DNA of 53,892 nucleotides, counting the filler, from Sluysia triapertura (Eukaryota): the NCBI GenBank assembly GCA_046118255.1. It is 4 parts of 4 records of this genome, joined end to end, with 100 filler letters (N's around TTAATTAATTAA, not from the genome) between each part and the next. Parts side by side here need not be neighbours in the genome. Positions count along the whole stretch, not along the records: positions 14,765 to 27,128 come from JBJNIA010116196.1; 3 more parts are not named here. One strand, 5' to 3'. A program made the position numbers and the translations under genes. The notes beneath the pieces are model-generated. The model was not told the DNA's origin. It was given only the letters and a program-made list of their open reading frames with translations, and ran no database searches. How positions within the stretch are numbered: the first letter of the stretch is position 1; each line of letters opens with the position of its first letter. Shown one piece after another: positions 14,764 through 27,228 of this stretch.

Positions 14764-16475
14764 NGTAGATTTATATTTGAAAAATTTATATATCATTTGA
14801 AAAATTTAAAATATATTGTTCTTACATTAACAATGTTTAGTAATACTTTTCTAGATATCAGCAGTTCCAAATTAGTCTATAAATTAATTTTTCTCTATAG
14901 TTAATATTATTCTATAATAAAATATACTTAATATTATTCTATATATTTTTACCATTACATGGCCAATTTTCTCCACATAATAATCAATTTTATGTACAAT
15001 TTTGATTATTTGTTATTTATTCCGCATTACAGCTGTATACATTTAGTCACATTTATATCATCCTTAATTTTTTTTTATATTACATATACTTTGATGTCTT
15101 ATTATTAATTCACATTTTTGCATTTTGTGATGTTCTTGTTGATTTATTCCTATCTAATTATTATAATATCTAATTATCACCATTATTATAATTCTAATTT
15201 CAATTTCTTTTATTTATTTTTTGTAATTTTTGCAATATTTCTTCCATTTACAAATTTCGATATTTTTCTCAAGATTAAAATGACTAATTTTTTAAATTGT
15301 ACATTTATTATTTCCTTATTATTATTATACAATCATTATTTACTTATTTCAGTAACAACATCTAGTTTTTATCTATTGCATCACGAAAGTTATCAATAGA
15401 AACTTATTTCACCATTTTTTATTACAATAATTATTTTTTAAAAACTAAATATGTTGATATTTTAAACAATATTCAATAAATCGTTTATGATGTCATAGGA
15501 TTGTGTTTATAATAATAAAAATGATTGATTCATATGTGCCGCTTATTAGTAATTTATATAGTAATGCGACTTTAAAATGTAAAAAATGTGAACATATTTA
15601 TATAGTATTTAGTATTTTAATTTTGTTAAAAAATTCTAGTGGAAGTAAAAGTAGAACTAGTAGTAATAAAAAATAGTGATAAGATATTTGAAATGCTGAA
15701 GCGATATATTATGTAAACATTTATTTGACAGACAATATATGAAATTTTAAACTTTATTAGTAACAAGTAATTATTAGTAATTTCGGAAGTTGTCTAATAT
15801 ACAAATCCAAGATAATTTATAATATTAGCAGTTTTGACATTGTAATTATTACATTTGTATAAAATACAATTTTTTTGTGCATACATTGAAATAGTATTTA
15901 TTTCTACTTAAAAGTATTCATTATTTCTATTTAAATAAGTACATAAAATTAAAACTAATCACATAATAAAACCTAAATATAATTTATATGCAGTTAGTGA
16001 AATTAGTTTAGACAATTTTATTTCATAATTTATTAAAAATTTAGCTCTAGAGCATTTCTATAAATTATTTAGGAAATGTTCTATGAACACAACAGAATCA
16101 ACTATCACTTGTGACAGGAGAAAGTGTAGATATAAATTGATGAGAATATAACCTTTTCCATAGAGATCATGCAATTACTGAACTGTATTTCCCTTAACGT
16201 GCTACAGATCTTGTAGTTAGGTTTAAAATGTGAAGGCTTGCCTTAAAACATCTAATTTTATTATTTATACAAACAACAGTTACAATCATTAAACTGTCAG
16301 AACAGGATTTATCCAAAAATTGCAATGATTAAAGTAATACTAACGTTATTATAATTATAATTATAATAATAAATATTAATTGTAAATAATAATAATAATA
16401 ACTAAACAAATGATATTATTAAATAATATAACAAAAATAATGATTCTCCTAAAATAATAATTTTAATATTAATAT

Positions 16476-16488
16476 AATAATAATAATA

Positions 16489-16545
<57 letters not shown>
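16476..16545. repeat. (AAT)n microsatellite
   Basis: Directly visible trinucleotide run. Confidence 0.95.
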
Positions 16546-17119
16546 TATAAATGGTTTGAATTTATGCATAAACATAAAAGCACTTCAATGAGTGCGTCAT
16601 GAGTAGAAAAATAATATTAAATACCAGCACTCAAGCGCATTAATTGCAGTATGCATACACATTAAAAAGAATTCTAAAACACGTTTTTTAATAATTTTAA
16701 AGTTTAAGAAACCATATTTGACTAATTCTAATATTTACTCGAATCATCAAATATTTGAAAAAGTTTACATTTAACTTAACGGATTCACCAATTACACGGA
16801 TTTTTATACACAAATTGTTTTCGATAAAAACCATGGCGTTAATATTATTTATATAAGTTGACTTCATTTAAGGTGGTATTAAAATACACGCCAAATCATT
16901 TTTATAATCTTACTTTGTGTATATTTAAAATAGTCAATAAAATCCTAATAAAAATTCATTTTGAATATTTAAAGTTTTATTAACTTTACATTTATATAAT
17001 CATTATTTATATAATTATTTATATAATCATTGTGATATCTTTATAGCCTTGCGCATGTGAAATTATAAAATTACCAATATATTTTGTTATGCATATATAT
17101 TTATTTTTATTCAATAATA

Positions 17120-17570
17120 TTTATACACATAAAACTGCTTGGATGGGAAGGAAACGCGTGAAATTGCAAGTATATGAAGAATCAATACAAAATGATGAAT
17201 AGAAATAATGAAATATTGTTGGAGTAAGAATTATGAAAATGAAAACATCTATAGTAATGTGGATAACTGAAGAATACCTTCGTGTCCAAAGACCCATACA
17301 AGGTGTCAAGACCTTGTGGAAGCTTAAAATGATATTGGAAAACCTTTGAAGTACCTTTGAGCTTCATTTGAGACTTTATTAATTATTCTTGAAATGTTGG
17401 TAAGCATCTTATAAGGTATTTAAAATCTTTAAAATATTTGAGAAATAAAATCATTGTTATTGGTATTAAGAATAAATCCAGTGTGATAATAATTAACATG
17501 AAGAAGTAGAAAAAAGAATCACAGAGGTGAAGATGAAAAGATCTAGAGCCTCCTTAATACCTTATAAAAT
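17120..17570 (-). repeat. Repeat/gene family A copy (decayed coding exon)
   Basis: Shares aaaatctttaaaatatttgagaaataaaatca, agaccttgtggaagctt and atctagagcctcc with copies at 40931-41500, 51055-52270 and/or 52390-52900. Minus-strand translation: ...EALDLFIFTS...MILFLKYFKDF...FKLPQGLDTLY. Confidence 0.85.
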
Positions 17571-17840
17571 ACTAAAAAACTGTGGAACTGTGGCGGCCAG
17601 TATAATTACACAAGATTTTAACACGCTATAATACACCAAAATTTACATCTACACAACACCTAAATCACTCATTACATCAAAATGTACGAAATTTATGTTT
17701 TACAAATTCAAAAATAAAACGAAATGAAATTTCCATTAAATATCTTCAATTTCACTAACTTTCTTTTATAACTCTTTCTCTTACTCATTTTCACTTCTCC
17801 TTAACCTCCTACCTAACTGTCTTTCTTCAACAATAATTTA

Positions 17841-19843
17841 GATTATATTGACGAAGTTCCACCTTGCACAAAAGGAGACGAAGATCTCGTAATTGAATAA
17901 ATCCATCTACAGATCCATTAGTAAGCAATTTTATTAATAGTGATTGTTATTCTATCAAATCTAAGATATTGGCTGCCTCAATGTCAAATAATATCAATAA
18001 CTATTCAATTCAATCCAATACTAATTTGATTAATAACTATAATGTGTTACAGTGTGAAAAATTGGAATCGAAACATTCAAATATTCCAGTACATATATTC
18101 GATTCTGATCATGATAAAATGGATTTTAAACCGAATATAGATTGTAATAACACTACTGATGCCACAAAATATGAATAGAACACAATGGGTGCTGATTATA
18201 TGTTAAATTTTAATTGCCATTGATCACCAGGAAAAAATAATGATAAGTCTCAGTGTAAATAATGCTACTAATTGTTCAAATTCAACAAACACTTACTACA
18301 ATAATCAACCATTAAATAGCAATGCGTTATCATGTGCAACTTCTTCTCACTATACTTGTAATGCACCTTCGCATGAATTCTACTCTGTAATATTATCTAC
18401 TGATCATCACAATTCAGTGCGTCTATTTAATATTGCTTTTCTGAACAATTCATCATTTAATTGTCAAAACTGGGATGATTTTCATAAAGATTGGATCGAA
18501 ACTCCAGTCCATATGGCTTTGTTTTGACCGGGTTGATAAAATGGATGTGAATGAAATTGAGTTGTCAACCGACAAACCAAAAGTTTAATTTTTGGATAAA
18601 ACTATTTGTAAAATCGATAAAATTTTGTATCAACTGCAATTTCAACAATTATCTATTGCTTATAATTCTTTTACTCAGATAACCCTTTCAATACTGCGGG
18701 GATATATAAATCCAAGAAAATGTTAAAAAATTTCAAAATCTGAAATTATGTAAACATGTTCCTTTGCTTATTTACAGAACATTTAGTTCTATTATACAGA
18801 AATATCTTCACTGGACAAAAGTCGTATTGAAATAGCTAAATATTCTAAATAATTCTACAGTTTCGAATGTTTCACGTAATAAGATTATTAGTATTGATGG
18901 ACTTAAAAGTCTTAAATGGATGACATGTTAAATTTATCTTGTATTTGAATTAAAACATTTATAATTTATAATTTAAATTTAAAACATTTAGATTTATCAG
19001 ATAATTTTATTACAAAATTACATAATATAAGTCATTTAATTAAATTCAGAACTTTACTATTACATGGAAATGAAATTATAAGTTTAGAAAATTTTGGTAA
19101 ATTTTATAACCTTCCTTGGAAATCTTATAATTAGCTGAAAATTCTGTCTGTTTTAACTGAGGTACAATATATTTCTAGTTTGTCTAATTCAAAACAATTA
19201 TCAATTATGTACGAAAATAATTCAAAAAGATGATATAGCTGATAAAGTAGTTCATATACTTGAATTTAATTTTAAAAAGGTATTAAACCTCAACTATAAT
19301 CTTTATTATGCTTCATATGATATGAACCCAAGCCATTTTTCGAATCGAAACAAACATCAATATTCTCGTGGAAAGTTTAAAGAAAAAGAAGTTGCTAATA
19401 AATTACATCTTTTTAAATCTGCATTATGTATGTATGGAACTTCAATTACAGGTGAATTTATCAAGAATGGTAAATTTTGTCCCTATGCCCACGGATTAAA
19501 TGAATTAGTATCAATTCCTGATGTCAAATCAATCAATCTTTTGTGCTCACAAATTGATGAATTAGTATTTAACTTAACAACACAGAAATATTTTGACGAC
19601 CTTCGTATTTCATTCCTACTAATTACTGATATCGAACAAGATCCTAAAATTTATGATCGTAACAACTCGATTTATTTTAAGGTAAATAGCTATATTTTTA
19701 TGATCCAATTTTCCAATTATAGGTATATTTTTAATTTTAGAAATAACTTGGGGAACACGACGTACCGAAACGTAGACCTTGAATCATCAAAACATAATTT
19801 TTATACTAGAAAACAATCTTTGATTAAATTAAGTTTTGTGTAA
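17841..19843 (+). pseudogene. Unkempt-like CCCH zinc-finger pseudogene (copy 1), interrupted
   Basis: LFKSALCMYGTSITGEFIKNGKFCPYAHGLNELVS (~19410-19515) resembles the remembered Unkempt finger YYKTGICIHETDSKGNCTKNGLHCAFAHGPHDLRS. A weaker first-finger remnant (QC.LF...FNCQNW) lies at ~18410-18475. There are stops and frameshifts, splice sites at 17840, 19682 and 19740, and AATAAA after the stop. Confidence 0.55.
18540..19210 (+). pseudogene. CEP97: Intronless, frameshifted CEP97-like leucine-rich-repeat fragment
   Basis: Successive peptides QLSIAYN, NKIISIDGLKSL, LKHLDLSDNFITKL, RTLLLHGNEIISL, LAENS and QLSIM are collinear with the remembered CEP97 N-terminal LRRs (QLSVANN..LQHLDLSDN..KTLLLHGN..LAENE..QLSIM). 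Multiple stops and frameshifts. Confidence 0.8.
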
Positions 19844-21049
19844 TAAATAAATGTTTTAAGATTTATTTTAATTCTCTTATTTCTAATAATTTCATAAATA
19901 TTTTGGATAAAAAAGATGAAATAAACGAAATTTTTCCAAATAATTATAATAATAATTTAATTATCTTTGATTTAAAATCAAATTTTAATAAAATAAAAAC
20001 TCATTCACCAAAGTTACTAATATTGATTTATTGTTACTAATAATTACAAAGACGCAACAAAACCTCTAAACATTTAAAATTACATATACTTTGTAAGCCT
20101 CATTTTAATAAGTATTTAAAATAAAATGGAGATTAATTTACGTGGTTTTAATTTATTAAAATACAGCAATTTTAATATTTTCACGTCAGTTTAAAACAGT
20201 ATTATATTATTATTTTTCACTTCCTGTTTTAAAAAATGATTAAAATCATTTTGCAAATTAACCTAGTTGATACTAGAAACCTAATCTTGAACAAGTTGGA
20301 AAACTCAACATTAATCCAAAAATCAAAATATATTCTTCACAAACTTATTTCAGCAGATATTGAGGATATAAATAGCTGAGCTAATTACAATTTAACTTTC
20401 GTAAATTACTTAAATATATTATATTAAAATCCTACGAATGAGCCTTTAATTATGTAAGACTGAGATCACAGACGAACCCTTAATCTAAGTTTTTAAAATG
20501 AAGTATGTTTTTAGATTTTATTTTGTAAACCACATCAAATTACAAATCATTTCTAACTTAAACATTCCATGAATCGTACGATTTCTTCTACACACATTAC
20601 ACTTTTGTTCACATCTATGAACGTATAGTATCTTCGGTGAACAATTCTAAAATTTTAGATTCGTGACAAAAATCTTAAGACAGTCAGTTTCATCTAAATC
20701 TTTTATACTGAAATTTATATAGAGCAAGATTATAACTTGCAACGTATTCAAAACTATTATTGGTTTAGTACTTTAATTTTGTAAATAAAGTAATTTATGT
20801 ATAAAGAAAATCAAGTTGTAAATAATATTTGTAATAGTAATTTATTTCAATGAAAATATTTTAATTTAAAATTTTATTGTAAAATAATAATTGAAAAATT
20901 TTTTAATAAGAAATGTTATCAAAATAAGAAATCTGTAAAAAATTTATAATAATTGTAAAAATTTTTTAATTAATCTAAAATTTTAAAAGATTGTTTATAA
21001 AAACTTTGATTTACAAGAAAAACGGATATTTAGATTATATTAAATGTTT

Positions 21050-21340
21050 ATATTTATTATTATTAAATGTTTAAAACGAATATTCATTTATTAACTACCG
21101 TTATTATTTTGGACATAAACAAACATCATTTTATGAATTATTGACATTTTAAAATCGGATATTTATTATTATAAAGAAAGGAAATTTATTGGACATTGAT
21201 ATTTGTAAAAGATATAAAAAGGTTTGAAAATATTAATTACGGTAATAAGAAATTTTAGAGACAAAATAAAAGAAGGAATTTTTTAAAGATTACTTTTGAA
21301 TAATAAGTTTGATTCGATATATTTGGACGTAAATTGCACA
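21050..21340 (+). mobile_element. Possible highly decayed Gypsy-type integrase N-terminal remnant
   Basis: YYFGHKQTSFYELL...IDICKRYKK followed by SFDSIYLDV loosely fits the integrase zinc-binding (GH..CxxC) and start-of-core pattern. It lies upstream of repeat B/C. Confidence 0.25.
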
Positions 21341-22199
21341 GACACAAAGGAGTTAATCATCTACAATTCTAATTTATAACTTGGTAACATATCTGGTCTA
21401 ATTCGTAATTACAAATCTACAATTTGGTAATATATTGGCTTAAATTTTGGTAATTGAAAAGCTATAATTTGGAACATATTCGAGCTGATCATATTTAGTT
21501 TAATTCGGTGGTATTACAAAATTCGACGGACGATTTGTAAATTAGATTAAGTAAGATATTACTATTAAGATATTTGACCTTGTTCTTTTGGTCTTAAAAT
21601 CAACTAAAAATCATTTTTACAATTTTAGTGAAACCCAAAGGTACCCTCTGGGTTAAAATCGTACTATAAACTTAAAAATTTCATATTTTTATTATAATTA
21701 AACTTTATTGTTCTTTATATTACATTGTTTAATTGGAGTTACTATTTTTCTTACGTCGACATTATTTAATTAAGTTTTACTTTTGTTGTACTAATTCATA
21801 AATTATTATTGCTTCAGTATTTGATTATAATAAAACTTCACAAGTGAATTTCGTTTTATTTATAAGGGTTTAATTAAATTGAAAAATAAAGTGTTATAAA
21901 TTTGAAAAAGAATTAATATTTTATAAAAGCCAAGAATAATTAATATTAAAAGTTTCTTTTACATTTTTCAACTAAAAAACGTATTAACCATTAAAAAGAA
22001 ATTATTAGAAAGAAAATATAGTTGTTGACATCACTTACACAAAGGTATTAAAACATATTTGCAACTTAAAACTATTTAAATTTTGAGAAAAAGTAGATTT
22101 TTGGAAATACGTTAAAGGATTAAAAAGTTATAATTATCAATCCTACTACGCACAAAAAGTTCTTTTGATCTTCAGATATTACTTGACAAAGCTTTAAAA

Positions 22200-23420
22200 T
22201 CCTACGCAGACGTCCAATATAGGTAAATCGTTTGACGTAGGCGGACCTAAACTATAAATTTAAGATTTTTTTATAATTGTTTGAAGAGTTAAGAGAAAAC
22301 CGAACAGTATTAAAGTTTGATATAAGAGTCTTATCTTCTAACATAATTTATTATATATACTAAGAGTTTTGCTTAATTTGTTTGTTTTACTTATGCTATG
22401 AATTCCTTACAATCTTAGTCTTATTCACGTAAGGGCTAAGTTGTAAACAGTATTTTATTACAAATTATATGGAGGTATAAAAGAGTAAATGTATATTTTC
22501 AGAAAACTTCTTTATGTGCTAAATTTCTGATATTTCTAAATTTATGGGCTAAATTTATGTGATATTTCTCTAAAATTTAACTTAAATCACAAATTGTATT
22601 TTGAGTATTTGAGTATTGTATTTCAAAAGCGGTAACATTTTTAAATGTCGTTCGGATAATATTTAAGTTGATTTTACGTCCGAGTAAAATCGACGACCTT
22701 ATTTTAAAAGAATAAGTCTTTAAAAGCGAATATTTCAAAAATATATTATAAAAAATTACAATATTTAATATTATTCGATAAGCACTTTACATGCGGAATT
22801 TTAATGTCTTTTATTACTTTTATTTTCCCAAAATATTAAATTACAACTCAATAACCAAACAAAATCTCGATATATTCGTTATTTTATCACAAAACTACAA
22901 CTAGAGTATATATAAATTATGACAATACAAATTATTCTTTATAAAAAGGTAAATTATTGCAACCAGGGGTGGCACAACTTATTTAAACTTTAGCACCCGT
23001 ATCAATGCAAAATATAAACAATAAGAAATGTATTACCCTTGCTCTGAACAGAAAATGAATTATTTTAGTCAATTGATTTCACCGTTATCTACTGAAGAAC
23101 TAAGCAGTTTCCCTACAGTTAAAAAGTTTTCTTAATTTGATTTATCTTGACTCTGTCCTATTCTCGTTTTTACTTCTGTTTTAATTTCAGAAATGTAACT
23201 GCTTATGTAGCAGTTTCATGGCAATTAGTGAAATTAGAAAATCAGAAATCGAACAAGACTGAAATTAAAGCTGACTAATTTCGCCGATTAAATGTCGACA
23301 GCAATTTCCGTCTTTATTCAACTTTATCATCATTCCAATTATCTAAAGATAATGGGATTTGTGGAAAACAATCCACTTATCTTCTTAATATCACCTAATC
23401 AAAATTTAAAATCATTGTCA
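22200..23420 (+). repeat. Dispersed repeat B+C (probable retroelement terminal region)
   Basis: 22860-23420 (caaccaggggtggcacaactt; caccgttatctactgaagaact; aaattaaagct; cagcaatttc) is the reverse complement homologue of 31180-31870. Block B precedes block C in both copies. Confidence 0.75.
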
Positions 23421-23453
23421 CATTGATTTTATAATAATAAAAAAATTTATTTC

Positions 23454-25838
23454 TCAAGGAGTATTCTGCATTAATGCGTTGTGCGTCAACCGTACGTTGC
23501 ACATCAAGTTCAATAACGTATTTAAATTGGTTTCCCTATGTGTTAAGGTCGATAATAAATTTATTTTTACAAAACCATTAATATTTTTATTTATTTTGGA
23601 TGTTTTGTTAAAAAGTTTTATAACATTAATAAAGAAAAAACAAATTAACTTTGATTTTATAATTATAAACGAAATAGGCTTAAGGCCTGTAAAAATCAAC
23701 GAATTTACAACAGTAACAAAGTATGATATTGTATTATACATAAAATATAACAAATAAACAAAGAAGATAAACAAGATTAAAAATAAAACTAGCGGTACTA
23801 CACAGGACAGTTCGGTATTCTTTACAGAGTTATTGAAATTCGATAGTATAAGTGATATCGTAAACATTATTGAACACACAGTTTCTTGGATTAAATGTTT
23901 ATTTTGCGGTAAACGATAAAGTAAAGTTATAATGTTTAACAAAAGAGAAATAGCAAAAAATGTAATCATAATCATTATATGTTGTCTAGAGTTTATAATA
24001 ATATTCACAGAATACGATAATTTTTCTTTATTGAAACTACCTCGAATGTTAAACTTTACTTTATTTTTATCGATATGATTATTAATTATGATTTTCAGTT
24101 AAACTACAAGGAAAACAGTCGAAAATTTTGCAACAGCTAGTTTCAAGTGATGAATCCGTAAATGAATATTTTAATAAACGAGTATAATCATAAAACGTAA
24201 TAAATTTCGAACAATTTACTTTTAATAATTTCTATGAACGCTATCAAAAAGGAACCTTTGTTCATAATAACAAGATTTTCTTTATACATATAATAAACAT
24301 TTTTTAAATCATAAGATAATTTACTTAAAAAACAGATAGTCTTGTATAATAGCAAGTTTTACAATATATCATTACAGCACACAAAAGTTCAACTGAAAAC
24401 CATAGATTCACGAAAAATATGGAAATTATTTAAAAGTTTGTTTCAGTGATATAGAGAATAACAATTGAAATACTTTTGAAACATCTTCGTCTCATTTTAA
24501 GTAATGACATAACACATAAAATAAATAAGATTTTACATATTAATCCTTCAATGAATAAACCAATATAAAAGTCTGATGAATAGGCGTTTGGTAAAGCCTG
24601 TATAAGAAATGATGGAAATTGTTTTGACAGTTTTAATGCTAACGGACACGAATTTCCATAATAATGGTATTGGATTCCATGTAGCATAATTATTTTGATT
24701 ATTCTTAATTTTTCTGCTTTTTCCGTATCACGTATAAAGAATCGTGAGATTGATTTCCACTGTTTTCTGTTGTTTTTGATTTCAAATTTGCCGTAGCATA
24801 TCCAGTTCCACTAGAAAATTTAATTTCATTACGCTTTAATATTTTATTTTCTATCACGCGTCCTAAAATCGCTTCTAAACGCTCACGATCTAATCTTGCA
24901 AAACTTTTCAGCATTATTAAGCAATCAATAAATTGAATTATTTTTTACCAAGTAAAATTTTAATTAATTATTATTATTTTTACAAAGAGAGCGAACAAAG
25001 TACTGATTAATTGTTAATTCCTTGTTTTCATATAACTTGGTATTAACTCTGCATTTAAATGAATGACTTTCAATACTTCTGTAATCATTAGTGCAATTAT
25101 AAGCACTAGGAAAAATATTCATTGTTTTATTAAATTTTGGAATAACAAATTGTAAAACTTTTGCGAATTGTACCGTAATTATTAGAGACAATAAAAGTAA
25201 CAGTATGATCCACATAAATGCAATTTTCTTCTATTTGTTTGATTAAAATGGTTGTAAAATATTGAATTAATATTAAAATTATTAACAGTATTATTAAAGT
25301 ATTGCGAAGATTGATTATATTGCTGTAGTTGTAAACTATTACTATGTGAATAAAGTAATAATGACGATTGTAATGGAAAAAAATGGAATAGATCCAAATG
25401 ATGTTGAAGTTGATGTTATCATTTTATCTGATGTTGAAGATGATGCTAAAGACTGAACTGATGTTGATGGAATAGATGATGTAATTGAAGAAATTGAATG
25501 TTGATATTGAACTTTATTAGAGTTCGATAAATACTCATTTGCAGTTAGACTTGGAACCTCTTTATTGAGAAGTATTGGACGAAGTTTGGATTTACGAGGA
25601 CCTCGTTCATGTTGAACTGCATTCTTGTACATTCCAGAGTCGAAACATTTTTTCATTCGACATGGTCTACATTGATTACGATGTGTTTTATCAATTGGAC
25701 ATTTATTACGCAATTCACCTTGTACTTTACATGAATATGTTCGATGCTTATGAATACCTCGTTTGAAAAATCCAGATGATCTATCTTGACATACTTTACA
25801 AAGTATATCTAATAAACGATCACTCGATAAAAATCGGC
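23454..25838 (-). pseudogene. dsf: NR2E nuclear receptor, dissatisfaction (dsf)-like; DBD with internal deletion, broken frames and divergent LBD (pseudogene or atypical gene)
   Basis: [80 protein letters not shown] matches the remembered dsf DBD and T-box. LBD-like remnants: KQFPSF...KILFIL (~24640-24515), NTELSCVVPLVLF, LIFTGLKPIS..LICFF, and AF-2-like LNTLLNLM (~23830-23510). Frame breaks lie between DBD and LBD. Confidence 0.8.
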
Positions 25839-26149
25839 CTTGTATAATTTATATTTAGGTATCACTAAATATATCCGGGTTTCGAAAGCACTGTTTGTAC
25901 ATATTTGATTTGTAGTAAATTGTGTTATCACATTGTAATCACGTTGTAATTGTTTTAATTGGCACTCAAGATCATCAAAATACATACGCAGAATTTCATA
26001 TTCATTTAGATTATTATTCGGTAGTTGATGTTTTTTTTCATCGTACGTAATTTGTGTGCTTAATAGCGTGAACTATTCTTTCAGCTAGTTCTTTTCAGCG
26101 GAATAAAAATTACGAGTCTTTATATAATGAATTTTCTGATAACTGAAGC

Positions 26150-26760
26150 TGTTCGATTTTTAAAGTGATTCCATTAATGCTGCCGAATCTTCTGTATTAA
26201 GAAAACTTTCTAATAATCATGATCATATCCAATGTGAACTAAGAAATTGAGCATATTTATATAATTTCTATTTGCTAAATTGTGGTTATTAATTGTATTT
26301 CGATTACACCTAGTAGTTACTACAATTTATTTTGAAATGAATAGTATGAATCGAGATCAAATATATTGTGTAGTATTGGGGAAAAACGAAAAAAATAGAA
26401 AGACAGATTGATAATAAGGATGAAAGAAATAATAATGATAACAATAACGTGGTTATTATGTTTATTAATACTACCATTGTTGATGTTTAAATAAAATTTG
26501 TTATAAAAGCTATTATAAAAGTTATTAATTGATAATCATATTATATAATAATAACGACAATAATTATTATATACGATTTGAATTGTAATAACAATAGCTG
26601 TAGTTTATGATAATTAGGTGCGATGATCATGTTTGTTTTTGAACGAGTTTAGTAGTTTGTTTGATAATCTGTGTACATGTGAAGTGTTTTTATGTGATGA
26701 AGTGTGATGAATTGTGCGTGATTTCCCTACAATATAATTAGTTTTTGTTTGCGTTCTTGC
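26150..26760. repeat. Old dispersed repeat, inverted homologue of ~45600-46600
   Basis: Patchy similarity, e.g. taattattatatacgattt..gtttagtagtttgttt..gtgatgaa versus the reverse complement of 46310-46430. Confidence 0.35.
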
Positions 26761-27056
26761 GATAAACGAACAACACATATCAAATTAATATAACAAATAT
26801 ATTTCAACACAATTATTATCAAAAAAAGACAAAAATGTATCATTGCATATTAAGATCGAGAGAGTATTGGATTACTACAGATCAAATGAACATCAATAAC
26901 CAAAGCAGACACAACTAGTACAATTAAAAAAAGACTTTTAAATTCTAAAAGAAAAATTACAATTGAATTGTTCACAAATTTAATATTACAAACTCAAAGT
27001 TACTTAAATAATTCACAATAATTTTCTTCTATAAGAACTTAAAATAAACTATAAAC

Positions 27057-27057
<1 letters not shown>

Positions 27058-27128
<71 letters not shown>
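27058..27128. repeat. (AAT)n microsatellite at contig end
   Basis: Directly visible; runs into the gap. Confidence 0.95.
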
Positions 27129-27228
27129 NNNNNNNNNNNNNNNNNNNNNNNNNNNNNNNNNNNNNNNNNNNNTTAATTAATTAANNNNNNNNNNNNNNNN
27201 NNNNNNNNNNNNNNNNNNNNNNNNNNNN
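27129..27228. other. Assembly join: N run with TTAATTAATTAA linker
   Basis: 100-bp spacer with central stop linker. Confidence 0.98.

Noticed and set aside
15118-15399. Short hydrophobic ORFs in the track (also 431-613, 11890-12213, 46430-46856 and others)
   Set aside because: Low-complexity F/I/L/N/Y composition is expected by chance in very AT-rich DNA; they show no motifs or splice support.
25342-25713. Calling the receptor tailless/nhr-67
   Set aside because: DRLLD, DRSSG, IH and ERGPRK.KL fit dissatisfaction better than tailless (DHSSG, IRR, ERGPRNST).
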